Origin: Thalia democratica
Lineage: Eukaryota
Assembly (NCBI GenBank): GCA_965202585.1
Contig: OZ241832.1
Location: 31,000,001 to 31,064,000, forward strand
Length of the DNA: 64,000 bases
Direction of reading: 5' to 3'
How positions within the stretch are numbered: the first letter of the stretch is position 1; each line of letters opens with the position of its first letter. This document shows, in pieces, positions 1 to 11,214 of the stretch. A program made the position numbers and the translations under genes. Under the pieces are notes generated by a model, which was given only the letters and a program-made list of their open reading frames with translations, was not told the origin of the DNA and did no database searches.

Positions 1-1030
1 AATAAACACGTTGACTTTTTTTTACGAATCTTATAATTTAAGATAGTTTAGTACAGATACTGATTCATTAGTTTTAGTTGTACTGTTAAGTTTAATTTAG
101 ATTAAAAAATAGTTATGCTGAATAAGTTTAACCAGAATTTCAAAATTAAATAACACGGAATACTGACCAAATGTTCTAAATATTTTTTCATGCACGAGTA
201 ATCTTAGCCGATTGTCCTCCTAATCTGGCAACTATGTCCTAAAAGCTAAATTAAAATTTTAAAACTTGTAAAAAACTACTTATAGAACTTGTTACGACTT
301 ATTTTTTATCGCTTTGTACACCACTTCTTTAAACCAATTATTTTAAGATTTTTTTTTTTCGTTGTTCAATAACCAATACCACAGAGCAACTTATAACAAA
401 CATCAAAATTAATATCTGTTTATAGGAAAAATCTTTAATTTTTTAAAAATAGTCTAGTTTTTTGAAGGTTTTTGCCATCTTATAACTTTAAATATATATT
501 ATTTAAAATACTTTAGTTTAATATAAACGTTCCCCTCAAATTACATTACAAAATGTTTGAAGCCAAAATTGTCACACCAGTAGTGGATAATAATAATAAA
601 AAAGTTTATCAACTTTCTACTTTCAAGAAATATCTAGCATATTTTTTAAATATGTAAATAATTCATGCAATTGTAATTTTTTAGTGTTAATTTTTTTATA
701 CATTTTATGTTCAACTTCAAATTAGATAATTGTTGGTTGGAATAATTGTATGTTAAGTTTGAAATATATACTGATTGCTAAGAATAAGTAAGTGTTTTAA
801 ATAAATAGTTTTTAGATGTCTAAGTTATACACGGTTTACATAGATTAATATTCCTAATATTTCTATATTAACTATCCTGATAAACTATAGGAAAACACCC
901 TTAAATATGCTATTTTTGTTTTCATACAATGTAATACTTAAATATTACAGATGTTCTTGTGCTAAAACTTTATTTCAACTAACGGCGTTTCACTGCTCTC
1001 AAATAAATTTAAGAACAGATCTACGGAGTC
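1..1030. repeat. Conserved non-coding block A of the repeated cassette (other copies at about 7400-8530, 27940-29080, 43150-44200, 62750-64000)
   Basis: Shared motifs in the same order in all copies, e.g. gaatactga(a/c)caa, atgcacgag, tggcaactat, ttcccctcaaa, gtcacac(c/t)ag, ttttagatgtc, ctgataaa. No reading frame is conserved. Confidence 0.85.
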
Positions 1031-1395
1031 TATAAAATGTTAACACACATTAGAAAAAAAGCAGAAAAAAGCATGTATAATTATGTATAGTATTTATCTA
1101 GGTAGTAACTATAAATGGACTTTATGGTTTAAAAACAAAGTTTGGGATAAAAGCATAAAATTATAAAATTGTCTACAAAAAAAAAACAAATTTAATAAAA
1201 GTAGGCACTAACCTCAAAAAGCTCTAAGAATAGGCAAATTTTAAAAATGAAAATTAAATTGAGTTGTGTAGAAATGTTACGTCATAATAATTTTAACAAA
1301 TTGTTCAATAAATTATACAGCTTAAAAACATGAAGTATTAAACTTGCAAGTATATATGAGTTTTGTGAAATAAATTAGTACATAAATAGACAGAG

Positions 1396-1563
1396 TTATT
1401 TAAAGTAGAATCGTCGGTTATGGGGACAGATATTCGATAAATCTTGCCGCTTATTCAGAAGTAGGTCTTTATCTTCTGCTGCAATTACTGCTCTTTCTGT
1501 ATTGCAAGTTGGGCAAATTCTACTTACTCCGTTGGATGCATGTTTGATCAAAACAGAATCTTG
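1396..1563 (-). mobile_element. Penelope-like retroelement remnant, C-terminal end of the GIY-YIG endonuclease region
   Basis: My minus-strand translation gives QDSVLIKHASNGVSRICPTCNTERAVIAAEDKDLLLNKRQDLSNICPHNRRFYFK*. This fits the C-x2-C..E......LLNKR.EL...C.H..KF tail typical of Penelope-like ORFs. The stretch is locally GC-richer than its flanks. Confidence 0.7.
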
Positions 1564-1757
1564 ACATGTATTGTTTAAATTTTATAATGTGAATGAAAAA
1601 CATTTATCTAGCGCATCAGGCGGTAATTTAAAAAACGACAAAGTGTGTATAGCTCGTTAATATAAAAACAATTCAATAAACTTCATTAATTTTAAAATTA
1701 GTTTTTTTTTTGTTTAAAGGGTTTATTTTTTTAGTAACTATTAATAAATATTTAGGT

Positions 1758-3158
1758 ATGAAGAACCGAAAGTTAAGTGAAATAATTACAGCTACAAGGT
1801 TAAACAAACTTTCCCTTAACGAAATTGCAAGTAGTACACTTTCTGCAATCTTAGAAAAAAAGATAAAAATTAAAAATGCTGCTTCTGTTTACAAGTTCGT
1901 GAATCTGTTCAATTTTTCTAGCCTCCAAGATTCAACCCTTAACTATATAGAACGTTGTGTTACAATTGTAAGTGATAATGAAAGCTTTTTAGAACTAGAA
2001 TATAACTTTATTTCTAAAATACTTGCAAGTTCTAAACTTCTAATTACTTCAGAAATTGAAGTATTTGAAATAGCAAATAGATGGTTAAACCACAAAATTG
2101 AAGATCGTAGCAAATACGCTGAAGATCTTTTATTAAAAGTTCGTCTTCAGTTGCTTTCAACAGAAACTATAAGACATCTTTTAAATGATTCAACAATTAC
2201 AAAAGCTGATATTTGTGTAAAAATTTTAAGTGATATGCTAAACTGCAGAGTAAACGGTTCTTATAAATCTTCAAGTGATTATAATACTAGTAGGTATTGT
2301 AGACAAAAATATTTTAAACTTGTGGTATGTGGAGGTCTTAACTCAGTAACACTAATGACTTATCGCTATGTAAGTTGTATTGACTTTAACAAAGTAGGAG
2401 ATGTAGAAGCTTATCCACCAATGAAAACGGGACGTAGTTTACCGAAAGTAGTTTATTTAAAAGGCAATATTTATGTATTTGGTGGTTGGAAAAGAAACAA
2501 GAAATGGACATTGTCTGTAGATAAATATTCACTTAGTTCTAAAAATTGGAGTCAGGTAGCTAAAATGAAAGATGATCGTATATATTTTTGTGTATGTGCA
2601 TTCTTAGATAAAATATTTGTTATTGGAGGTATAAAAGGTGGATTTGAAACTAGTTCTTGTTTACAATTAAATACAAGTGATTATAGTTGGAAAGAACTTT
2701 CTACAATAAGCGAGGCAAGATCAAACGCAGCTTGTGTAGTTTTTGAAGAAAAAATTCTAGTTTCTGGTGGATGTAGTAATTATGGATATGGTTTAAAATC
2801 TGTTGAATCATATGATGTTCTACCAAATAAATGGTCAGCAATGCCAAATATGAACTCCCGTAAATCTGACCACAGTTTAGTTGTTGTTAAAAACAAATTG
2901 TTTGTAATTTCAATGAGAGAAAACAGTTGTGAATTTTTTGACAGCATGTGTAAAAAGTTTATCACAATAAAATCACCAGAATTTGATTTGTTTTCTATCA
3001 TTAGTGCTTATTCTTTTGAAAACAAAATTTTAGCCATTCAAGACGAGCAGAAGAAAATAATTACTTATGATACTAACGAAAATAAATGGTCGGAAGAATC
3101 TTGTGAAGTCAGAAAAAACCTTCAGTGGTTTTCTAGCGTGAAAGTACCTTGTTTATAA
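1758..3158 (+). CDS. Kelch-like protein copy 1 (BACK domain + six Kelch blades, no recognisable BTB), 466 aa from the ATG, intact
   Basis: BACK signature (YIERC..V...SFLEL....I.KIL.SS.L.I.SEIEVF....RW..H....R......LL.KVRL), then Kelch repeats with GG...Y......W motifs. The ATG at 1758 aligns with the start of the four paralogs (tttagGTATG), whereas the ORF-track TTG start at 1710 is not conserved. Confidence 0.9.
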   Translation: MKNRKLSEIITATRLNKLSLNEIASSTLSAILEKKIKIKNAASVYKFVNLFNFSSLQDSTLNYIERCVTIVSDNESFLELEYNFISKILASSKLLITSEIEVFEIANRWLNHKIEDRSKYAEDLLLKVRLQLLSTETIRHLLNDSTITKADICVKILSDMLNCRVNGSYKSSSDYNTSRYCRQKYFKLVVCGGLNSVTLMTYRYVSCIDFNKVGDVEAYPPMKTGRSLPKVVYLKGNIYVFGGWKRNKKWTLSVDKYSLSSKNWSQVAKMKDDRIYFCVCAFLDKIFVIGGIKGGFETSSCLQLNTSDYSWKELSTISEARSNAACVVFEEKILVSGGCSNYGYGLKSVESYDVLPNKWSAMPNMNSRKSDHSLVVVKNKLFVISMRENSCEFFDSMCKKFITIKSPEFDLFSIISAYSFENKILAIQDEQKKIITYDTNENKWSEESCEVRKNLQWFSSVKVPCL

Positions 3159-4294
3159 ATAATATTAACCCAATTATAAGTTTTAAAACTTAAAAAAAGA
3201 TTATAAGTATTGTTTTGATAATTGACAAAAAGACTAGATCACATAGAAAAAAAAACAAGAAAAAAAAAACAAAAAATATTATTCTCTACTATTTGAATAT
3301 ATAGAGAAGTACAATATTTTAATTTTAGGTTCTTTAGAATAATTTAAGTCAACAATTAATGAGCAATTTTTTTTCTTGTTGTATCTTCTTAGGTTTTTAT
3401 TTCAATGCAAAATTTTAAAGTTTAGAAGTTCGCTTTGATTTTTTTTGACTAATAAACAATGTTATTTCTTATTGCTTGTTTTGCTTGTCGATGTTTAAAA
3501 CATAGCTTGAAATAGACATATATTAAAACAAACAAGTTCTTTAACCGCTTATTATGGTTTTTATAGAAAAAATTACAGTTTTCAAATCTATTTATTCTTA
3601 GATCATCTGTGAAGATTACTTTACATAGAATTTTGTCATATTTACACGACGTCACTTGTGCTTCAGTGCAGTTTTTGTATGAGACTTAATTTATCTATGT
3701 GTCACGTTTATGTACATATCAGGGTTTTTGCACAGAGCTTCATTTTAGCACGGCATAACTTTTGTATATTAATAGTTTTAACAAAAGTATTTAAGTGAAG
3801 TAGATACTGGAGTTATCTTTTTATTAGTTTTTGGTAAAAACAAAATGAATTATAAATTTAAACTAGTTTTAAATCAATTAAACATATTTAAATGCGGCAA
3901 AGCTTGTTTAGTAAATTTTGTTCAGTGTAAATGTTTTAATGAAAAAATATATATGTATATATACCTCCTACATATGTAAAAAATAATTTATAATCTACCT
4001 AATCTTATAAAACAATGAAAATAGTTATATACAATAAAAATGAGAGATAAATAATAGAAATTTCAACTTAAACAGCTTGTGAAAATTTGATTCAACTAAG
4101 TACTTTTGTCAACAGTTCAAATCTTATAAATTTATTTTATTTTAAAATATGCGAATTAGTTGCGACTGACCGCTTTAAAAGGTATGATAAAAAAAAATGT
4201 TTTGATATTATGATGAGGGAAATTTTTTCATTTGAGTCACGAACACATGCTTCAGAAAAATATTTAATATTCATTTCTCACGTCATAGTTCAGA

Positions 4295-4475
4295 CTTTTC
4301 ATAGATAATTTTTTCAAACTTACACTTATAATATTTGTGTAAACGCGTGTTAAGATTAGTTGTGTCTTACGTCACAGTTTAGAGTTTTCATAAATTATTT
4401 TTTCAAACTTACATTTATAATATTTGTGTAAACGCGTGTTAAGATTAGTTGTGTCTTACGTCACAGTTTAGAGTT
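4295..4475. repeat. Direct tandem duplication, 2 x 89 bp
   Basis: tgtgtaaacgcgtgttaagattagttgtgtcttacgtcacagtttagagtttt occurs at 4336 and again at 4425. The homologous region near 54670-54780 is single-copy and diverged. Confidence 0.9.
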
Positions 4476-6164
4476 TTAATAAATGATCTTTGAATAAAGC
4501 TTCAAATAAATAAAATTGTGTATTAGCGTGATAACATTTTCTACTTAAATATCAAAACTTCCTAAAAAGAAAACAAATTCAATTAAAAAAAGACCTTAAA
4601 TGTTATATATAATGTTTAGTTTCTTTTTTTTTGTTATTTAAAGTCTTATAGTATAATTTTTTATACTCAAGGAAATTTTTTTATATAAATATAACATAGA
4701 TGTGAACCTGGTATTATCAACAATTTTTAAAAGTTAAGTCATTATTTTAAAGTTTACTTTAAATTTTTTATAAGGTTCATTATATACTACTTAGTAAAGT
4801 CTTTAGATCGATGCTAAAATTTTAGTGACATTTAAAACAAATTTTTTGTTTCATAGTTTTATTTAGAATTATTTTCGGTTTAAATTTAAGCCCTAAATTT
4901 TTAAGTTTGGCTTCTAACTTTTTAGGATTATTTGAGTTCAATTGTCATAGCATAAAATTGTTAAAACTTACATTACTTTTTATTTACTTAACAAACATTT
5001 CAATTATTGTGTAACCAGTACAGACACGTGATACTTTTGTTAAGGGTGCGGAAAATTTACAGATATTTAAAAACCTCTTTGTTTGATATTTTAAAAATAA
5101 CTTGTTAAGATTAAAGTGCTACGAATATTAAAAACTTGTAAGTAAAAGATTAAATAATGTGATAAATGTTTCTGTAAATTAGTTCTGGTTAGCATAATAT
5201 ATTTTTCAAGTTAGTATCTGCTTTATTAAGATCCACCCCAAGAAGCCGATAATTATTAAAATACGGTTAAAAGTATTAACTTTCAGGCAATTTGGCAAGA
5301 TATTTAGTATGTTTGTAATTTGCTTAACAAAATAGTAGTCTGATTTTAACCTATAGATTGTTTTGACTTGGAAACGATGTTTTTGTAGTTCTAAAATCAT
5401 TTATTGTCTAAAGCTTTAATGAGGTGGTTTATGTTTTTATTGTAAGTTATGCGTTTTTAAAACTTATTTGTCACAAAATACTAATATCATCTGTTATACT
5501 TTAAAGTTTTGAAGTAATAATCGGTTTTACAAATAAAAGTATGCTCACAAAAAATATCTACAACTATTTTATCGTATTTAGTCTACTTTTTAATTTTTAT
5601 CAAACTTTTAATTTTTAATTGAAAAATTTATTACATGAAAAAGAAAACACAAGTAAAAGTATTTGATTATATGAATTGTAACTAGTTAAGTTAAAGAGAC
5701 CTTCTATAAAATGAAAAGTAAATATAGATCGCATAAGAACTTAAGTAAATAAACTAATTCTAGTTAAAACTTTATTTTTACTACAATATACTAAATTATT
5801 CTGATGTTCTTGGTTTTTAAACAATAACTTCATTAAATAAGCATAATTGTAGAAAATGAAGATAATTTTATTTTAATTTGTAGTTATTTAAAATACATTA
5901 TAATGCTAATGAATTTACGCATAAACAATAATGAAGAGCAAATTAAATGATGTTGCTGATGATTTAAAATTAAAGCAAGATTGCAAAAAATAAAATAGAA
6001 ATAAACAAGCATTTTTTTACTATTTCTTACATTTTTAGTTTGACCACAATAACAAAGTTTCTGTATACACGGAATATTTTATGAATATTAGATTCTGTAG
6101 ACTGCAGAGACTAGGTTTTAGTCACTGCACTCAATTGCTTTGTCTTTTAAATTCTTTAGTTTGA

Positions 6165-6355
6165 TCAATGATGTCTCGAGTTATGAATCAAAGTATTTCG
6201 TGCTGATGCTTGATTTTCCTGAAAATTTATTTTTGAAGATGCTCCGGTGTTTTTGACTTGATTGATACCAGTATTTCCGACTAATTGATGATTATTTTGC
6301 ATATTTTGTATTTGTTGGTTGTTATAATGTTAAACAGTTTTAGACAGTATATTGC
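6165..6355 (-). pseudogene. 3' remnant of the multi-homeobox gene (internally deleted copy)
   Basis: Translates as ...IITNQQIQNMQNNHQLVGNTGINQVKNTGASSKINFQENQASARNTLIHNSRHH*. This aligns to the C-terminus of 40013-41098 (NERLQRIQNRQLAENSGNNQIQNNQASSRRHSQGNQASAQNNQTQSLGHHG). The 3' flank 5000-6150 is also homologous to about 38.9-40.0 kb and 55.1-55.9 kb. Confidence 0.8.
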
Positions 6356-6519
6356 TTAAGTTTGATGGTAGTTAAAAAGATAGTTTTATCTGGAAAGTTA
6401 AGGACCGCAAATTATTATCGGTCTATATATTTAGTAAGATTCATGACTTCATAAATACATGAATACATAATTTTCTTAATTATTAAGTTAAGGTATCAAA
6501 TCAATTTACAGCTCACTTA

Positions 6520-7400
6520 CTAGGCTTCAAAATAAAGTTATTTAAATTAGCTTCAGGTGTTACAGCTGTAGCAGGGCCTTATTTAAAACAGTTATTAATA
6601 AACTTAAACTTTTTGTTTACAATTTTTTTGTTTTGTATTTTTTTACTAGGTGCAGCTATAGCTCAGATGTTCAACCGCACGCGACGCCCCTGGTTTGAAC
6701 AACTGTTTTTCTGCCTAAAAACAGTTAAACCTAATAATAGACATCAGTGTCGACGAATGATACTTTTCATATAGTGCGAAAACATACGAGCATCAAAAAA
6801 CTGTAATTTCATACTTTGAAACTAACTTTACGAGACAAAAAAAAAATTATTAGAAAGCAAAAGTATATGATTATTTTTACAGTTTTATAATGCTATGATA
6901 AGGTTTTAAACTTTCCTTGGTAGAGCATCTGCTCTAACGTTATACTATAAATTTAGAAAAAAATCATTGTGGTTAGTGTTAAAAAAGGTTCCAATTGTAA
7001 CGTTGAAGTATTAAACTAATATTTGCAAAGTCACCAAATTAAAAACAAATTTTTTTTTTAAAGTTTATAGCCTTATCCCTAACTCATCTAACTCAAACAC
7101 GTTTAAACTAATAATAAAAAAGTTAACAACCAAAAATATAAAATGATGAAATTTTTTTTTCTAATTTTATACACTCAGCAAATATTAAGAGTAAAACTTT
7201 AATGTTTCAACAGACTTTGATAAAAAATCCTTGGAAATTTTATTTATTACTTTAACTAGTTTAAATTCTACTGCGAGGATTTTTTAACACTAAACACAAT
7301 GCTTTTTATCAAGACTGCTCCACACTAGTAGCGCCCCTGGTAAACACTTCAAAGTAAATGTTAACAAACATGTTTTATTTATTTATCTAATATTTTAACA
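6520..7400. repeat. Conserved non-coding block D (copies at about 27040-27930, 37620-38760 partial, 42680-43100 partial, 60800-61617)
   Basis: Shared motifs gcagggcctt, gcacgcgacgcccctggtttgaac, gtcgacgaatg, catacaagcatc, gagc(a/g)tctgctc, tagcgc(c/t/a)(c/a)ctggta. Confidence 0.85.
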
Positions 7401-8534
7401 TAGTTGAGTCAGACATTGACTCATTGGTTTAAGTTATACTGATAAATTTAATTTGTTTAAAAAATAATAGTTACCATGATTTAGGCTAGCCAGAATTTCA
7501 AAATACAAGTGTCCTAAATACTGAACAAACGTTTTAAATTGTCTTCAATGCACGAGTCGACTTTTTCCTTCTAAGCTGGTAACTATTTCCTGTAGTTAAA
7601 CTTAAAACTTTAAAACTAGAAATAAAACTACTTATAAAACTTGTTATTACTTACTATAATCGCTTTACTTTACATACCAGGTCTTAGACCAAATGTTTTA
7701 TCTTTTTTTTTTGTTTTTCAATAACCAATATCACAGAGCAACTTATAAAATACATCAAAAATAATATTTGTTAATAAGAAAACGTTTGAACTTTTTAAAT
7801 AGTTTATTTTTTTGAAGGTGTTTGTCATCTTATAACTTATAATTATTATTCCTAAAATATTTACTTTAATACATTTGTTCCCCTCAAAATACTTCACAAA
7901 ATGTTAATAGCCAAAATTGTCACACCAGTTCTTGGCATTTTTAACAATAAATTTTATCAATCTACTACTTTTAAGAAATATCTTGCCTTTTTATCATATA
8001 TTTAAATAGTTCGTGCAGTAGTAATTTTCTAGTTTGTTAGTTTTTTAATGTTTTTTTGTTAAGTTTAAACTTGGTGTTAATTGGAAAAGCTTTATGTAAA
8101 GTTTCAATTCTAAAATGATGGCTATTAATACATTAGTTGTATTACAAAAATAGTTTTTAGATGTCTAAGATAAACAAGGTTTACTTAAAATAATATGTTT
8201 TCAGACATTTTTATTCTAACTAACCTGATAAATTATAATGACCACATTAAAATATACAATTTTTGTTTTTATACAGTGTAATGCTTAACTATTAGATAAT
8301 TTTTTATTAAAACAATTTTGCTTAACTACAAGTATAAAATTTAATGATTTAATAAAAAGATGATAAGTTTTAAAACACATTATTTGATATATAAGTAGTA
8401 ACAATAAAAAAATATTATGAAACATTTCAAAAAGTCCATTTATGAATTTTATTTTTTTTTTTTCAATTTATATAAGTATCTCAACTTCTATTGATGCTGC
8501 CATTTTTTTTTGTAGGAAGTATAAATCTTATTTA

Positions 8535-8952
8535 TAGTGTTACCACTTTACCTGAAATTCTGGAAATACCTTAAATTTGACAATTAAGGCAAAAAACCTG
8601 TGAATAATTTGGAGTTTTGGAAATTTTGAAAAAAATACCTGGAAAAACCTAAAACTTTGAACAAAAATCACTAAAAAAACTGGAAAAACCTGGAATTTTA
8701 ACAATTTTCAAATGTTTAGTTGTAAAATTTTGAATTGACTTAAAAAATTTATCATATAGTTAAAAAATGTTTGACACTATCAATTTTTTTTTATTAAACA
8801 CGTATTTAAAGTAACTTTACAGTATCTTTTAAATGTTATTATACTATTTAACAGTTTCTTAGCTTAAACTTAACTTTAAACTAAGAATGGACCCAAAAAT
8901 GTGTTCTCTTAAAAGCCTTGAAAAAAACTTTAAAAAACTAGTGGCAACCCTG
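8535..8952. mobile_element. Non-autonomous TIR element (MITE family 1) with 6-bp TSD
   Basis: Left end tagtgttacca (degenerate cagggttgcca), right end tggcaaccctg, flanked by tattta on both sides. Empty site (single tattta) in the paralogous block at about 44190. Confidence 0.85.
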
Positions 8953-9589
8953 TATTTAGTTTGTTGCAAATATTAGCTTAATAGACAATATACTGTTGAT
9001 ACATACTGAAGCTACTTACACTTAATTAAAATTTTTATTTGTTCTGTACTTTGTTAAACATTTTCTAATAGTTTTGTTGTGACTTATAATTTGTTTTACC
9101 CTCTTATTTCTTTAAATATCAATTTTTTTGTAGAACTATATGTTAACTACATTATTAAAGACGAAAAAATGATATAAAAATGTAATTTTAGGCTACTTGG
9201 CATAAGAATAAGGAAATAAATTAATAATGCTAGTTAGCAGTCTAAAATGTTTAAGATAAAATAAAAAATGATTTAGTATTAATTTTAAGTGTTATAATAA
9301 AATCTAATTCAAAATGTTTTATTTACAGTAAAAATTTTTTGAATAATATTTCAAGTTTTCAAAAGATAAAAAGGGAACTTGTTTACTAAGATATACACTC
9401 GAAAAATGTTTATTTTTTCCTTGTTATATATCTTAAGTTTATTTTTTTGTAAGATTTAAATTCAAAAAAAAAATTGTTGTGTTAATACATAATTTTATAT
9501 TTAAAGAATAAAAACTGTTTCTTTATTTTTTTCATAAAATAAGGGATTATATTGATAAAAAATTCCATAAGGTGGGACTAAAATGTAAA

Positions 9590-9740
9590 CAACAAAGGGT
9601 ATTGTCCCAATTTTAATTTTCAAACTAATTATGGAACTGACAAAATATAAGTCCCAAAAGTAACAATATAACTGAAAAAACTTAGTCCACAGTCACAATA
9701 GAACAGACAAAATTTAAGTCCAAAAAACTAACAAAAGTAT
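9590..9740. repeat. Degenerate ~33-bp tandem repeats (aactgacaaaa.ttaagtcc), probably an old TIR-element fragment; copies at about 30170-30290 and 44850-44960
   Basis: Three periods are visible: aactgacaaaatataagtccc / aactgaaaaaacttagtcca / aacagacaaaatttaagtcca. Confidence 0.55.
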
Positions 9741-10011
9741 TGAAAATGTGTGAGTACGACAAAGTTACAAAAAATGGTGACCAATTTTAAGTTACAGTAA
9801 CTCATGTTAAACTTATTTAAGACTCTTGAATATTTATATAACTAAAAAATAGACAATACTTGTAAGAAATTAAGACAGTAAAGACCAGTAAAATGCTGAA
9901 ATTTTTAGAAATTTGTACTATAAGAGTTTTCATAGGCATGATAATTGAATGAGATTTGTGATTGAAAAAATTGTTTCAATCATAATGTTAATGATTTTTG
10001 TCTAGTTATTG

Positions 10012-10467
10012 CAGGGGTGCCACACACTAAGGAAACTCCGGTAATTCAGGGAAACTCAGGGAAGGTTCAAGTTTAAAAAAATCTCAAGGAAAATCAGGGA
10101 ATTATGATTTTTTTTTTTACTCAGAAAAAACTCAGGGAAGTTTTGATTTTTTCTAAAAATTTAAGTTAAATTTTAAAACAATCTCAGGGAAAATTCTTTT
10201 CTAGATCTAGAGTGAGATTTAGTTAATTCAGTTAGTTTCAATATTTTGTTCAAAAAAATTAGTTTCATTTATTTTTGTGTTTATTTAGAAACTTTTATCC
10301 TTTTGTCTAGATCTTCAATATTCTTTAAAAAAACATTGTAATTTTTTAATAAACAGTAAAATTTTTAAGGAGAAAAAACTCAGGGAAACTTAGGTAAGTT
10401 TAGGGTTGATGAGGGTAGTTTTTGGTCACTTAGGGAAGATTTTTTGACTCAAAGAGTGGCAACTCTG
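10012..10467. mobile_element. Non-autonomous TIR element (MITE family 2) with 5-bp TSD
   Basis: caggggtgcca...tggcaactctg with internal (ct)cagggaa repeats, flanked by tattg on both sides. Confidence 0.85.
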
Positions 10468-10828
10468 TATTGACAATTTATGCAAATTAAATTTTCTTAA
10501 ACAGCTTTTGGATAACTTTGAGTACTATTAGTTTTCTAAATGTGAAGGCTTTAAAACCATTTGTTGAATATATTTAATTTCCTATCACTTTGTATTTAAA
10601 TTTTTTCTATTTTATTAGTTTTAAGACTAGTTTAATGTTTTGTATGTTATATAATTTAAAGATTTTTTCTGCTGTAAGTTTAAAAAATTAAGATAAGCTG
10701 CACTGTTTTGCATTAAAAATTACTTTGCCTCACTAATGTCATAGCTAAAAGTAAAAGTAGAGAGAATCTTTGAAAATGGCAGGAAGAGTAAATGTATTGG
10801 AATATCAGTTTTTTTGCTGTATCATTTA

Positions 10829-11214
10829 CGAGGTTGCCATTTACCTTAATTCTACGAAAAACCTGAAATTTGATAATTTAGACAAAAAAAACTTGAAAAC
10901 CCCGGAATTTTGAACAAAAACCACTAAAAAAACCTGGAGTTTTAACAATTTTCACATGCTCAGTGATAAAATTTCGGTTGGACTCAAAAAATCTATTATT
11001 TAAATAAAATTTTTTTGTTACCATCAAAAGTTTTTTTAAATACATTTATAAAATAGCTTTACAGTATCTTTTCAATGTCTTTATACTATTTAACACATTT
11101 TCTTACCTTAAACTTATCTTTAAACTACAAATAGATTTGAAAATGAGTACTTTTAAAATCCATGAAGAAATTTTGAAAACCTGGAAAAATGTTTGAAAAC
11201 GACTGGCAACTCTG
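10829..11214. mobile_element. MITE family 1 element with 6-bp TSD
   Basis: cgaggttgcca...tggcaactctg, internal acctggaaaaa repeats like 8535-8952, flanked by cattta on both sides. Confidence 0.85.

Noticed and set aside
1710-1757. TTG-initiated N-terminal extension of Kelch copy 1
   Set aside because: The homologous stretch has in-frame TAA in copies 2, 4 and 5; it looks like a polypyrimidine/acceptor region.
3140-3158. Conserved C-terminal K(V/I)PCL as a prenylation or peroxisomal signal
   Set aside because: Cys is at -2, not -4 as CaaX needs, and PCL does not fit PTS1; the segment is probably the propeller-closing strand.
6650-6720. Functional tRNA gene in block D
   Set aside because: Box spacing is too short and no acceptor or anticodon stems could be formed; kept only as a weak Pol III-like finding.
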